NCBI GenBank assembly: GCA_030141605.1
Contig: JAQGDQ010000016.1
Coordinates: 188,282-252,281 of the forward strand
DNA length: 64,000 nt
Source of the DNA: Tubiluchus corallicola
Taxonomy: Eukaryota; Animalia; Priapulida
Direction: 5' to 3'
In this document: piece after piece, positions 13,801 to 28,800 of the stretch
Layout: each line of letters begins with the position of its first letter
How positions within the stretch are numbered: position 1 is the stretch's first letter
Program-made: the position numbers and the translations under genes
The notes under the pieces: model-generated
The model's database searches: none
Seen by the model: the letters and a program-made list of their open reading frames with translations, nothing else
Told to the model about the DNA's origin: nothing

Positions 13801-16800
13801 CGCTAACAAGACTTTCCGGTCTAGGGAGTGGAACATCAGGTTCAATGTTTAGATCACTATCGACACTATCATAAGGAATTTCTGCTCCATAAGGTTTGTA
13901 TTGTACTTTGAACTCTGCTACAGTTCCTTCAAGTGTAAGCCGAGATACTAGCACTGGCATACCACAATCACTTGTCAGTTTTACTTCAATGTAACAGTCA
14001 TCGGAATCCAATTCTTCTTTAGAACAAGTGAAACCACTGCCACCTAAAATCAATTATGAGATCAAAATAAAAGAATAAGAACGAATATTGAAATAATAGT
14101 TAGTGTACATAAAACAAGAAATCAGAAAAAATAAAAGTTCAGATTAATACTAATAAAAAATACCAGATAAAGCGATACAACTGCTACTCAGAGCATAGTA
14201 GTAGATTTAAAGACAGTTAAAAGTTCAAAAGTGTAGTTCTATTTCAAGCAATTGAAAATGAGCAAGGAAGTAAATCTGTAGTGCATGGATCACTAAATAG
14301 AAATGGTTGCATCATTAAATATACGAAAATAAGTGAAATATGAAAATTTTCATTAACTTGCCCGCAGTTAGCTAAAACAGTTAGAAAGTTAGAAAAACTA
14401 TACATTAGTCAATATTCGTAAAATCTTGAGTTTGAAAGCGTGAATGCACAAAAAAAAACTGTGCATGTGAAATAAGGCGAGTTTCCTATTCACAGAACCA
14501 CCAAAAGGCAGAAACTGCAAAACTATGCATGCTAGCTTGTGTGGTTGATTTATACAGGGAAAGTTGTTACACATGGATTTGTATGGCAGCCTACTAATAT
14601 TGTAGGATAAGCCAATCGGATTAGAACTGCATATAATTTTATGCCATGGGTATTTGGGAAGTTGGTAGATTTTTTTGATTAATTTATTTCTCAATTAGTA
14701 TCCCACTACTTAATGGATCTAATGCCACCCACAAAAAGTACACAAAAAGCAAATATTTCTACTTAGCCTTACAAATTGAGGCACAGTTTAAATGTAAACA
14801 GATAATTCACGAGCAAATTTTGAGATCACTGACAAAAAACTTTTTAACTGCAGTGAAAATGTTCTTCACAGCAACATACATTTAAGAGGTTACAGCAGGA
14901 CCTCTAAATTAATGTACCTTTACGGACAAGGCTGCCAACTGAATTTCCATCTTGATCTCGAACAGCTTCATTAGGAATAAGAGTATAATCAGCCATGCCA
15001 TTGACTTCATCACATTCTGCAACAAAAGTACCAATAATTTGTGGCTTTACCAAGATTTTCCCAGGAGTTTTCTAGTTCATTGAAAAACTCATTGCAAAAA
15101 TAGTTTACTGAAAAATATATTCTAAAAAGCTAAAATAAATAAGAGTGTCTTTATTTTTTGAATTACTCTGCTAAATAGCCACAAAAAATACTGTTTTATA
15201 TTCAGACAAGGCATATCTCAATGCGTTTTAGACATCTCCTTCAATTAATAAGCTTGTAGGCCAAATTACTTTAAGAACAATGTTCCTCTTAATGCCTGTC
15301 TTGGATAACTTATAGAAAGGTGCAGAGGGCTACAGTAAATTCACCTTGTTGACTACAAAATATATTAAAATATGGAGTTATATATCACTAGTATCAGAAA
15401 AGAGGCTCAAACAGATTATCTACTAAGGTGAGAATTCAGACCTGCTCTGCTATGCTGTCTCAGTCACTCGAATAGTACAGCATGCGCACTAAAAGTGCAA
15501 GGTTTCACGTTCAAGTCTTGACTGATGGGCCATAACATTTCAGTGCCATCTTTTTCAGTCATCTAGCTGTTAAGCTACCTGTTGTATTCCTCATAATGTG
15601 GGCATGTACAAGTGTGCGCAAGCACTTTTGTGCAGTACCATAGGGCACTAATGTAAACTGAAGAGTGATGCATAATACAGATGATAGTCTTGAAGCCGTA
15701 AATGAAGTCATTTCTACTATTTTGATGACAGAAAAAATTTAAGCAGAATTTACTGATGGTTTCTGTTATGACGATTGTGCAACATTCTTTTTAAAGCTTC
15801 AAGGAATCAAGTTTTTAGTGGAAATTCTCATGTTTAGTTCTCACGACATTAGATGAGAAGATGACTGGTATGTATTTCTGCCGATACTTTTTACTTTTAC
15901 AGCATATTACATTACTGAAATTATTTTTAGCACAAAATGAAAATGCAAAGCTCATTTGTCAGATCTAGTTCCACAATTTTGAATACAAGACAATTTAATC
16001 AAAATGCTAAACTCGTAGAATTACAGACACTAAAATGCTAATTACATTGACTTAACAATTACAAAGACTGAAAAGAGCATGTCTTTGAATGTACAAGCAA
16101 CCAGCATACATTAACTCCATCCAGACAGGTAAGTGATTCGCCCTAATCAATGAGAAACTGGCACTAGCAGGATAGTGAATATGTAGATATCACAAGTTAA
16201 AGAAGTATGGAATCTCAGTTCACTCTCACAAGGTTCCGAACTCAGAAATTTGTTAAGAACATTTAGAATTAATTTAGTTATTGAGGACAATACGATAATA
16301 ATGAAATGTTGGTACAAATTATGTTAGAAAAATGACAGATGTCCAGCATACCATGACTATTTATTTAACATCATAAAAAAACAGCTAAAAATAGATTTTA
16401 TAAATAAAGACTAAAGATGGGTAAAAATCATAAGTTTGCCTTCTGTAATGCCCGAGGTAAGGAAATATAGAAGCTGTATCTGGAGACTGTGGTAACAATC
16501 AACATTTTATGATACTCTCAAACTCCCTCAGTGAGATACAGTTAATTCTGTCATGTTATGTGCAAATCACCAAGTTGTAATATAAGAAAATCAGACACAC
16601 TTCATTAACTCTTAAACAAAAAATTGTATATAATAGTGCTCTTCATCCAGCGAAAAAATGTAAAAAATGAAGACATTGTACCTGGAGGTGATGGTGGTAG
16701 AAAACAACCTTTAATTTCTGGTAAATCAATAGGCCTATCAATGGGAGAATCACTAGTTCACGCTGTATCAAGCCAGTACGAAATCAATAAAGGAAACGTA

Positions 16801-19800
16801 TTTAAGCACTACTGAACTAGAAAGTGCAGTATTCAGTACTAAACTATGGAACTCAGGCAACACAAGAGACAAACTCTTATGCTAAATAGGGGAGTGGGAA
16901 TTGATTCAGTTGTTCCCTTTGCAGTTTACTAAAATGCAGTAGGTAAAATTCATACGGATACAGACAAAATAATTTATTAACATTATTAAATGTTATTATA
17001 ACATAATAAAACATATAAAACATTATTATAATGTTATTAACATTATAATAACATACCTGGAGGTGATGGTGGTAGAAAACAACCTTTAATTTCTGGTAAA
17101 TCAATAGGCCTATCAATNNNNNNNNNNNNNNNNNNNNNNNNNNNNNNNNNNNNNNNNNNNNNNNNNNNNNNNNNNNNNNNNNNNNNNNNNNNNNNNNNNN
17201 NNNNNNNNNNNNNNNNNGGCAACACAAGAGACAAACTCTTAGGCTCCATAGGGGAGTGGGAATTGATTCAGTTGTTCTTTTTGCAGATTACTAAAATGCA
17301 GTAGGTGAAATTCATACGGATACAGACAAAATAATTTATGTTCGTAACATTGTTCCAGTAGCTATAGGCAAACATAAGAAATTCTACCTGGAGGTGGTGG
17401 TGGTACAAAGCAACCTTTAATTTCTGGTACAGTAAATCGAGCTTCATTTTCTCCATCTTTCAGCTTGACCGGATACAGACGAAAAACAGTAACTTGTCTT
17501 GGACCAATTTTATTAATGCCAGAAAACGCACGCTGAAAAAGCATTTGACAAGAGTGAGTAAAATGTGCTGAAATGCAGTCAAAATACAACTTTCTGCCTT
17601 TCATGAAACATTTTCAATTATCGTGTTCTCTATATTATCTCTTTTCATATTTGTACAGAAGACTTGTTCATATTTGAACTTTCTGGCAAGTTCTCACTAC
17701 TTATTTAGCTGGCATACTGTTTCGACGAAATACATAAAAATCATACACACACACACTAAAGTTCAAGAAATCAAATTAATTACCGAGAAGTCAGAGAACT
17801 CTCCGGATTCAAAACATTCATGTCTGGTGACAAAAATGTCATTTGTTTGTCTTTTGACAACAGATTTGCGAGAGCTGCCTGCTTTTGATGCCGATGTGCC
17901 AGCTTTTCTACCAGCATTAGTTGCTTGTGTTCCAACCTTTCGTCCGACTTTAGTAGTTTGTGTTCCAGCTTTTGTACCAGCATTGGTTGCTTGTGTCCCA
18001 AACTTTCGTCGGACATTAGTAGTTCGTGTTCCACTCTTTGAACCAGCATTAGTTGCTTGTGTCCCAACCTTTTGTCCCACATTAGTAGTTTGTGTTCGAA
18101 CTTTTGCACCAGCATTGGTTGCTTGTGTCCCAAACTTTCGTCGGACATTAGTAGTTCGTGTTCCACTCTTTGAACCAGCATTAGTTGCTTGTGTCCCAAC
18201 CTTTTGTCGAAGATTAGCAGTCTGTCGTCCAGCTTTTGTTCGTGTATTTGTAGAACTTCCACCTGTATTTAACTTCCTTCCAACAATACCAGGCTCTGCA
18301 GCTGAAATCCGGGGAGCTTTAACTGTCTGTGCATTCTGATTAGGAGATTCTGAAACATTTTCTTCATTCGGTATTTCATCACCTGTTGTTATTAAAGGTT
18401 CTTTACTGCGAGCAATTGGAAAGCCAGCCTCCTCCCCATCAGAAGGACTATCAGACCTTAATATTGTTACATCAGGTTCGGGACTTATCTCAATGCCAGT
18501 TCCCTCAGTACGATCTGGTGTTTTACTTGCACTGTCGGTTGGAGACTCTTTAGCACTTTGCAAACTGATCTCTCCACCAGGAGGAAGACTTTGAGGACTA
18601 GGGTTAATGTCCGGTCTAATTTCATTCATAGCAGAAGACTGTCTGATAGGGGAAGTAATTTCGTTGCTAACAAGACTTTCCGGTCTAGGGAGTGGAACAT
18701 CAGGTTCAGTGTTTAGATTAATATCGTCTCTTCTTCTGTTGCCTGGTGATTTATTTTCATTCACAAAGGAAGATTCTGGAGTTTGAGTGTCAAAATATTC
18801 TGTTCCATAAGGCTTGTATTGCACTTTGAACTCTGCTACAGTTCCTTGAAGAGTTAGCTGGGATACTAGTACAGGCATACCACAATCACTTGTCAGTTTT
18901 ACTTCAATATAACAGTCATCGGAATCCAATTCTTCTTTAGAACAAGTGAATCCATCACCATCTGAAAGCAAATTTTTATATATTATGTAACGTGTAACTA
19001 AATAACAAAAACTTATCTATTTCTAGACATTGCATTGACGTCACAAACAAGAGAAGGAATCTTAGCCTCACAAACAATAAATACAAAAATCATACCTTTC
19101 CTGACAAGGTTGCCAACAACATTTCCATCCTGATCCCTGATAGCCTCATTGGGAATAATGTCGTGATCAGATATACCATTAACTTCGTCACACTCTACAA
19201 AAGAGCAAAAATGACACACACATTTTCAAGAAAAACTATATAAACTATATAAACAGGTCAGCTAAATATATCCTGCGTAATACATAGTTACGAATAGCTA
19301 AACCAACTGATATCATAGCTAAGAGAAAAGCAAATGAGCACGTGTTAGACAAAACCATCACACTGCTATTTGAAAAAAGATTTAAAAGACACAGAAATCA
19401 TATAAACGTATGAAAGCATGCTAAATTAGGTCCAAAAGATTTTGTATCTTCACAGTTCCATTCAGGGTAAAGTTTTCTGATGCGAATTTTCTGCCTGGAG
19501 TAAACTTACCAGTGTGAAGTGCTTTATGAGTTACTATCAGCAAGACATTGCCAACTCTGCGACAGTTGCCACAAGCTAGTTTACAGTCTAATATGATACC
19601 TCTGTGAGTTTACTCTCAACAGCTCCTAGCACTTCTTACAGGAAATAGAGACAAGTTTATTCACTGTGAGAACTTGTGAAATATCCAAGCTACTGCAGAG
19701 ATCAGCAATTTGTCCACAGTAACTTCTTTTTAGTCTGAATGCTGTAGCAAAATTTGTCCCAAGATTAATTCATAGGAGATTTTGCTTTAAAATGTGAACC

Positions 19801-22800
19801 CTCTTGCAAGTTTGGTGGGGAGTTACAAGTCTTTTTGAAAACACATCAATCTGAATCTGTCACAACACACTATAGGCCTATCACTGGGAGAATCACTAGT
19901 TCACGCTGTATCAAGCCAGTACGAAATCAATAATGGAAACGTATTTAAGCAATACTGAACTAGAAAGTGCAGTATTCAGTACTAAACTATGGAACTCAGG
20001 CAACACAAGAGACAAACTCTTAGGCTCCATAGGGGAGTGGGAATTGATTCAGTTGTTCTTTTTGCAGATTACTAAAATGCAATAGGTGAAATTCACATGG
20101 ATACAGACAAAATAATTTATGTTCACAGCATTCTTTTAGTAGCTATAAACGGATGTAAGAAATTGTACCTGGAGGTGGTGGAGGTACAAAGCAACCTTTA
20201 ATTTCTGGTACAGTAAATCGAGCTTCATTTTCTCCATCTTTGAGCTTGACCGGATACAGACGAAAAACAGTAACTTGTCTTGGACCAATTTTATTAATGC
20301 CAGAAAACGCACGCTGAAAAAACATTTGACAAGAGTGAGTAAAATGTGCTGAAATGCAGTCAAATACAACTTTCTGCCTTTCATGCAACATTTTCAATTA
20401 TCGTGTTCTCTATATTATCTCTATTCATATTTGTACAGAAGACTTGTTCATATTTGAACTTGCTGGCAAGTTCTCACTTCTTATTTAGCTGGCATTCTGT
20501 TTTGACGAAATACATAAAAATCATACACACACACTAAAGCTCAAGAAATCAAATAAATTACCGAGAAGTCAGAGAACTCTCCGGATTCAAAACATTCATG
20601 TCTGGTGACAAAAATGTCATTTGTTTGTCTTTTGACAACAGATTTGCGAGAGCTGCCCGCTTTTGATGCCGATGTGCCAGCTTTTCTACCAGCATTAGTT
20701 GCTTGTGTTCCAACCTTTCGTCCGACTTTAGTAGTTTGTGTTCCAGCTTTTGTACCAGCATTGGTTGCTTGTGTCCCAAACTTTAGTCGGACATTAGTAG
20801 TTTGTGTTCCACTCTTTGAACCAGCATTAGTTGCTTGTGTCCCAACCTTTTGTCCCACATTAGTAGTTTGTGTTCGAACTTTTGCACCAGCATTGGTTGC
20901 TTGTGTCCCAAACTTTCGTCGGACATTAGTAGTTCGTGTTCCACTCTTTGAACCAGCATTAGTTGCTTGTGTCCCAATCTTTTGTCCCACATTAGTAGTT
21001 TGTGTTCGAACTTTTGCACCAGCATTGGTTGCTTGTGTCCCAAACTTTCGTCGGACATTAGTAGTTCGTGTTCCACTCTTTGAACCAGCATTAGTTGTTT
21101 GTGTCCTAACCTTTTGTCCCACATTAGTAGTTTGTGTTCGAACTTTTGCACCAGCATTGGTTGCTTGTGTCCCAAACTTTCGTCGGACATTAGTAGTTCG
21201 TGTCCCACTCTTTGAACCAGCATTAGTTGCTTGTGTCCCAACCTTTTGTCGAAGATTAGCAGTCTGTCGTCCAGCCTTTGTTCGTGTATTTGTAGAACTT
21301 CCACCTGTATTTAACTTCCTTCCAACAATACCAGGCTCTGCAGCTGAAATCCGGGGAGCTTTAACTGTCTGTGCATTCTGATTAGGAGATTCTGAAACAT
21401 TTTCTTCATTCGGTATTTCATCACCTGTTGTTATTAAAGGTTCTTTACTGCGAGCAATTGGAAAGCCAGCCTCCTCCCCAACAGAAGGACTATCAGACCT
21501 TAATATTGTTACATCGGGTTCGGGACTTATCTCAATGCCAGTTCCCTCAGTACGATCTGGTGTTTTACTTGCACTGTCGGTTGGAGACTCTTTAGCACTT
21601 TGCAAACTGATCTCTCCACCAGGAGGAAGACTTTGAGGTCTAGGGTTAATGTCCGGTCTAATTTCATTCATAGCAGAAGACTGTCTGATAGGGGAAGTAA
21701 TTTCGTCGCTAACAAGACTTTCCGGTCTAGGGAGTGGAACATCAGGTTCAATGTTTAGATCACTATCGACACTATCATAAGGAATTTCTGCTCCATAAGG
21801 TTTGTATTGTACTTTGAACTCTGCTACAGTTCCTTCAAGTGTAAGCCGAGATACTAGCACTGGCATACCACAATCACTTGTCAGTTTTACTTCAATATAA
21901 CAGTCATCGGAATCCAATTCTTCTTTAGAACAAGTGAATCCATCACCATCTGAAAGCAAATTTTTATATATTACGTAACGAGTAACTAAATAACAAAAAC
22001 TTATCTATTTCTAGACATTGCATTGATGTCACAAACAAGAGAAGGAATTTTAGCCTCACAAACAATAAATACAAAAATCATACCTTTCCTGACAAGGTTG
22101 CCAACAACATTTCCATCCTGATCCCTGATAGCCTCATTGGGAATAATGTCATGATCAGATATACCATTAACTTCGTCACACTCTACAAAAGAGCAAAAAT
22201 GACACACACATTTTCAAGAAAAACTATATAAACAGGTCAGCTAAATATATCCTGCGTAATACATAGTTACGAATAGCTAAACCAACTGATATCATAGCTA
22301 AGAGAAAAGCAAATGAGCACGTGTTAGACAAAACCATCACACTGCTATTTGAAAAAAGATTTAAAAGACACAGAAATCATATAAACGTATGAAAGCATGC
22401 TAAATTAGGTCCAAAAGATTTTGTATCTTCACAGTTCCATTCAGGGTAAAAAGTTTTCTGATGCGAATTTTCTGCCTGGAGTAAACTTACCAGTGTGAAG
22501 TGCTTTATGAGTTACTATCAGCAAGACATTGCCAACTCTGCGACAGTTGCCACAAGCTAGTTTACAGTCTAATATGATACCTCTGTGAGTTTACTCTCAA
22601 CAGCTGCTAGCACTTCTTACAGGAAATAGAGACAAGTTTTATTCACTGTGAGAACTTGTGAAATATTCAAGCTACTACAGAGATCAGCAATTTGCCCACA
22701 GTAACTTCTTTTTAGTCCGAGTGCTGTAGCAAGATTTGTCACGAGATTAATTCATAGGAGATTTTGCTTTAAAATGTGAACCCTCTTGCAAGTTTGGTGG

Positions 22801-25800
22801 GGAGTTACAAGTCTTTTTGAAAACACATCAATCTGAATCTGTCACAACACACTATAGGCCTATCAATGGGAGAATCACTAGTTCACGCTGTATCAAGCCA
22901 GTACGAAATCAATAAAGGAAACGTATTTAAGCACTACTGAACTAGAAAGTGCAGTATTCAGTACTAAACTATGGAACTCAGGCAACACAAGAGACAAATC
23001 CTTATGCTCCATAGGGAGTGGGAATTGATTCAGTTGTTCTTTTTGCAGATTACTAAAATGCAATAGGTGAAATTCACATGGATACAGACAAAATAACTTA
23101 TGTTCACAGCATTCTTTTAGTAGCTATAAACGGATGTAAGAAATTGTACCTGGAGGTGGTGGAGGTACAAAGCAACCTTTAATTTCTGGTACAGTAAATC
23201 GAGCTTCATTTTCTCCATCTTTGAGCTTGACCGGATACAGACGAAAAACAGTAACTTGTCTTGGACCAATTTTATTAATGCCAGAAAACGCACGCTGAAA
23301 AAACATTTGACAAGAGTGAGTAAAATGTGCTGAAATGCAGTCAAATACAACTTTCTGCCTTTCATGCAACATTTTCAATTATCGTGTTCTCTATATTATC
23401 TCTATTCATATTTGTACAGAAGACTTGTTCATATTTGAACTTGCTGGCAAGTTCTCACTTCTTATTTAGCTGGCATTCTGTTTTGACGAAATACATAAAA
23501 ATCATACACACACACTAAAGCTCAAGAAATCAAATAAATTACCGAGAAGTCAGAGAACTCTCCGGATTCAAAACATTCATGTCTGGTGACAAAAATGTCA
23601 TTTGTTTGTCTTTTGACAACAGATTTGCGAGAGCTGCCCGCTTTTGATGCCGATGTGCCAGCTTTTCTACCAGCATTAGTTGCTTGTGTTCCAACCTTTC
23701 GTCCGACTTTAGTAGTTTGTGTTCCAGCTTTTGTACCAGCATTGGTTGCTTGTGTCCCAAACTTTCGTCGGACATTAGTAGTTTGTGTTCCACTCTTTGA
23801 ACCAGCATTAGTTGCTTGTGTCCCAACCTTTTGTCCCACATTAGTAGTTTGTGTTCGAACTTTTGCACCAGCATTGGTTGCTTGTGTCCCAAACTTTCGT
23901 CGGACATTAGTAGTTTGTGTTCCACTCTTTGAACCAGCATTAGTTGTTTGTGTCCCAACCTTTTGTCCCACATTAGTAGTTTGTGTTCGAACTTTTGCAC
24001 CAGCATTGGTTGCTTGTGTCCAAAACTTTCGTCGGACATTAGTAGTTCGGGTTCCACTCTTTGAACCAGCATTAGTTGCTTGTGTCCCAACCTTTTGTCG
24101 AAGATTAGCAGTCTGTGGTCCAGCCTTTGTGCGTGTATTTGTAGAACTTCTGCCTGTATTTAACTTCCTTCCAACAACACCAGGCTCTGCAGCTGAAATC
24201 TGGGGAGCTTTAACTGTCTGTGCATTCTGATTAGGAGATTCTGAAACATTTTCTTCATTCGGTATTTCATCACCTGTTGTTATTAAAGGTTCTTTACTGC
24301 GAGCAATTGGAAAGCCAGCCTCCTCCCCAACAGAAGGACTATCAGACCTTAATATTGTTACATCGGGTTCGGGACTTATCTCAATGCCAGTTCCCTCAGT
24401 ACGATCTGGTGTTTTACTTGCACTGTCGGTTGGAGACTCTTTAGCACTTTGCAAACTGATCTCTCCACCAGGAGGAAGACTTTGAGGTCTAGGGTTAATG
24501 TCCGGTCTAATTTCATTCATAGCAGAAGACTGTCTGATAGGGGAAGTAATTTCGTCGCTAACAAGACTTTCCGGTCTAGGGAGTGGAACATCAGGTTCAA
24601 TGTTTAGATCACTATCGACACTATCATAAGGAATTTCCGCTCCATAAGGTTTGTATTGTACTTTGAACTCTGCCACAGTTCCTTCAAGTGTAAGCCGAGA
24701 TACTAGCACTGGCATACCACAATCACTTGTCAGTTTTACTTCAATATAACAGTCATCGGAATCCAATTCTTCTTTAGAACAAGTGAATCCATCACCATCT
24801 GAAGCAAATTTTTATATATTATGTAAGGTGTAACTAAATAACAAAAACTTATCTATTTCTAGACATTGCATTGATGTCACAAACAAGAGAAGGAATCTTA
24901 GCCTCACAAACAATAAATACAAAAATCATACCTTTCCTGACAAGGTTGCCAACAACATTTCCATCCTGATCCCTGATAGCCTCATTGGGAATAATGTCGT
25001 GATCAGATATACCATTAACTTCGTCACACTCTACAAAAGAGCAAAAATGACACACTCATTTCCAAGAAAAACTATATAAACAGGTCAGCTAAATATATCC
25101 TGCGTAATACATAGTTACGAATAGCTAAACCAACTGATATCATAGCTAAGAGAAAATCAAATGAGCACGTGTTAGACAAAACCATCACACTGCTATTTGA
25201 AAAAAAGATTTACAAGACAAAGAAATCATATAAACGTATGAAAGCATGCTAAATTAGGTCCAAAAGATTTTGTATCTTCACTGGTACATTCAGGGTAAAA
25301 AGTTTTCTGTTGCGAATTTTCTGCCTGGAGTAAACTTACCAGTGTGAAGTGCTTTATGAGCTACTATCAGCAAGACATTGCCAACTCTGCGACAGTTGCC
25401 ACAAGCTAGTTTACAGTCTAATATGATACTTCTTTTTAGTCCGAATGCTGTAGCAAGATTTGTCACGAGATTAATTCATAGGAGATTTTGCTTTAAAATG
25501 TGAACCCTCTTGCAAGTTTGTTGGGGAGTTACTCACAAGTCTTTTTGAAAACACATCAATCTGAATCTGGCACAACACACTATAGGCCTATCAATGGGAG
25601 AATCACTAGTTCACGCTTCATCAAGCCAGTACGAAATCAATAATGGAAACGTATTTAAGCAATACTGAACTAGAAAGTGCAGTACTCAGTACTAAACTAT
25701 GGGACTCAGGCAACACAAGAGACAAACTCTTATGCTCCATAGAGGAGTGTGAATTGATTCAGTTGTTCCCTTTGCAGATTACTAAAATGCAGTAGGTAAA

Positions 25801-28800
25801 ATTCATACGGATACAGACAAAATAATTTATGTTCATAGAATTCTTTTAGTAGCTATAAACGAATGTAAGAAATTTTACCTGGAGGTGGTGGTGGTACAAA
25901 GCAACCTTTAATTTCTGGTACAGTAAATCGAGCTTCATTTTCTCCATCTTTGAGCTTGACAGGATACAGACGAAAAACAGTAACTTGTCTTGGACCAATT
26001 TTATTAATGCCAGAAAACGCACGCTGAAAAAACATTTGACAAGAGTGAGTAAAATGTGCTGAAATGCAGTCAAATACAACTTTCTGCCTTTCATGCAACA
26101 TTTTCAATTATCGTGTTCTCTATATTATCTCTATTCATATTTGTACAGAAGACTTGTTCATATTTGAACTTTCTGGCAAGTTCTCACTACTTATTTAGCT
26201 GGCATACTGTTTCGACGAAATACATAAAAATCATACACACACACTAAAGTTCAAGAAATCAAATTAATTACCGAGAAGTCAGAGAACTCTCCAGATTCAA
26301 AACATTCATGTCTGGTGACAAAAATGTCATTTGTTTGTCTTTTGACAACAGATTTGCGAGAGCTGCCTGCTTTTGATGCCGATGTGCCAGCTTTTCTACC
26401 AGCATTAGTTGCTTGTGTTCCAACCTTTCGTCCGACTTTAGTAGTTTGTGTTCCAGCTTTTGTACCAGCATTGGTTGCTTGTGTCCCAAACTTTCGTCGG
26501 ACATTAGTAGTTCGTGTTCCACTCTTTGAACCAGCATTAGTTGCTTGTGTCCCAACCTTTTGTCCCACATTAGTAGTTTGTGTTCGAACTTTTGCACCAG
26601 CATTGGTTGCTTGTGTCCCAAACTTTCGTCGGACATTAGTAGTTCGTGTTCCACTCTTTGAACCAGCATTAGTTGTTTGTGTCCCAACCTTTTGTCCCAC
26701 ATTAGTAGTTTGTGTTCGAACTTTTGCACCAGCATTGGTTGGTTGTGTCCCAAACTTTCGTCGGACATTAGTAGTTCGTGTTCCACTCTTTGAACCAGCA
26801 TTAGTTGCTTGTGTCCCAACCTTTTGTCGAAGATTAGCAGTCTGTTGTCCAGCTTTTGTTCGTGTATTTGTAGAACTTCCACCTGTATTTAACTTCCTTC
26901 CAACAATACCAGGCTCTGCAGCTGAAATCCGGGGAGCTTTAACTGTCTGTGCATTCTGATTAGGAGATTCTGAAACATTTTCTTCATTCGGTATTTCATC
27001 ACCTGTTGTTATTAAAGGTTCTTTACTGCGAGCAATTGGAAAGCCAGCCTCCTCCCCAACAGAAGGACTATCAGACCTTAATATTGTTACATCGGGTTCG
27101 GGACTTATCTCAATGCCAGTTCCCTCAGTACGATCTGGTGTTTTACTTGCACTGTCGGTTGGAGACTCTTTAGCACTTTGCAAACTGATCTCTCCACCAG
27201 GAGGAAGACTTTGAGGTCTAGGGTTAATGTCCGGTCTAATTTCATTCATAGCAGAAGACTGTCTGATAGGGGAAGTAATTTCGTCGCTAACAAGACTTTC
27301 CGGTCTAGGGAGTGGAACATCAGGTTCAATGTTTAGATCACTATCGACACTATCATAAGGAATTTCTGCTCCATAAGGTTTGTATTGTACTTTGAACTCT
27401 GCTACAGTTCCTTCAAGTGTAAGCCGAGATACTAGCACTGGCATACCACAATCACTTGTCAGTTTTACTTCAATATAACAGTCATCGGAATCCAATTCTT
27501 CTTTAGAACAAGTGAATCCATCACCATCTGAAAGCAAATTTTTATATATTATGTAACGAGTAACTAAATAACAAAAACTTATCTATTGCTTGACATTGCA
27601 TTGATGTCACAAACAAGAGAATGAATTTTAGCCTCACAAACAATAAATACAAAAATCATACCTTTCCTGACAAGGTTGCCAACAACATTTCCATCCTGAT
27701 CCCTGATAGCCTCATTGGGAATAATGTCGTGATCAGATATACCATTAACTTCGTCACACTCTACAAAAGAGCAAAAATGACACACACATTTTCAAGAAAA
27801 ACTATATAAACAGGTCAGCTAAATATATCCTGCGTAATACATAGTTACGAATAGCTAAACCAACTGATATCATAGCTAAGAGAAAAGCAAATGAGCACGT
27901 GTTAGACAAAACCATCACACTGCTATTTGAAAAAAGATTTAAAAGACACAGAAATCATATAAACGTATGAAAGCATGCTAAATTAGGTCCAAAAGATTTT
28001 GTATCTTCACAGTTCCATTCAGGGTAAAAAGTTTTCTGATGCGAATTTTCTGCCTGGAGTAAACTTACCAGTGTGAAGTGCTTTATGAGTTACTATCAGC
28101 AAGACATTGCCAACTCTGCGACAGTTGCCACAAGCTAGTTTACAGTCTAATATGATACCTCTGTGAGTTTACTCTCAACAGCTCCTAGCACTTCTTACAG
28201 GAAATAGAGACAAGTTTTATTCACTGTGAGAACTTGTGAAATATCCAAGCTACTACAGAGATCAGCAATTTGCCCACAGTAACTTCTTTTTAGTCCGAGT
28301 GCTGTAGCAAGATTTGTCACGAGATTAATTCATAGGAGATTTTGCTTTAAAATGTGAACCCTCTTGCAAGTTTGGTGGGGAGTTACAAGTCTTTTTGAAA
28401 ACACATCAATCTGAATCTGTCACAACACACTATAGGCCTATCAATGGGAGAATCACTAGTTCACGCTGTATCAAGCCAGTACGAAATCAATAAAGGAAAC
28501 GTATTTAAGCACTACTGAACTAGAAAGTGCAGTATTCAGTACTAAACTATGGAACTCAGGCAACACAAGAGACAAACCCTTATGCTCCATAGGGGAGTGG
28601 GAATTGATTCAGTTGTTCTTTTTGCAGATTACTAAAATGCAGTAGGTGAAATTCACACGGATACAGACAAAATAATTTATGTTCACAGCATTCTTTTAGT
28701 AGCTATAAACGGATGTAAGAAATTGTACCTGGAGGTGGTGGAGGTACAAAGCAACCTTTAATTTCTGGTACAGTAAATCGAGCTTCATTTTCTCCATCTT

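Noticed and set aside
24766-24810. Apparent truncation or frameshift of the U7 ORF (414 aa versus 428 aa)
   Set aside because: The 1-nt deletion lies in the intronic pyrimidine tract upstream of the AG. The exon is 1256 nt and intact, like U5 and U6.
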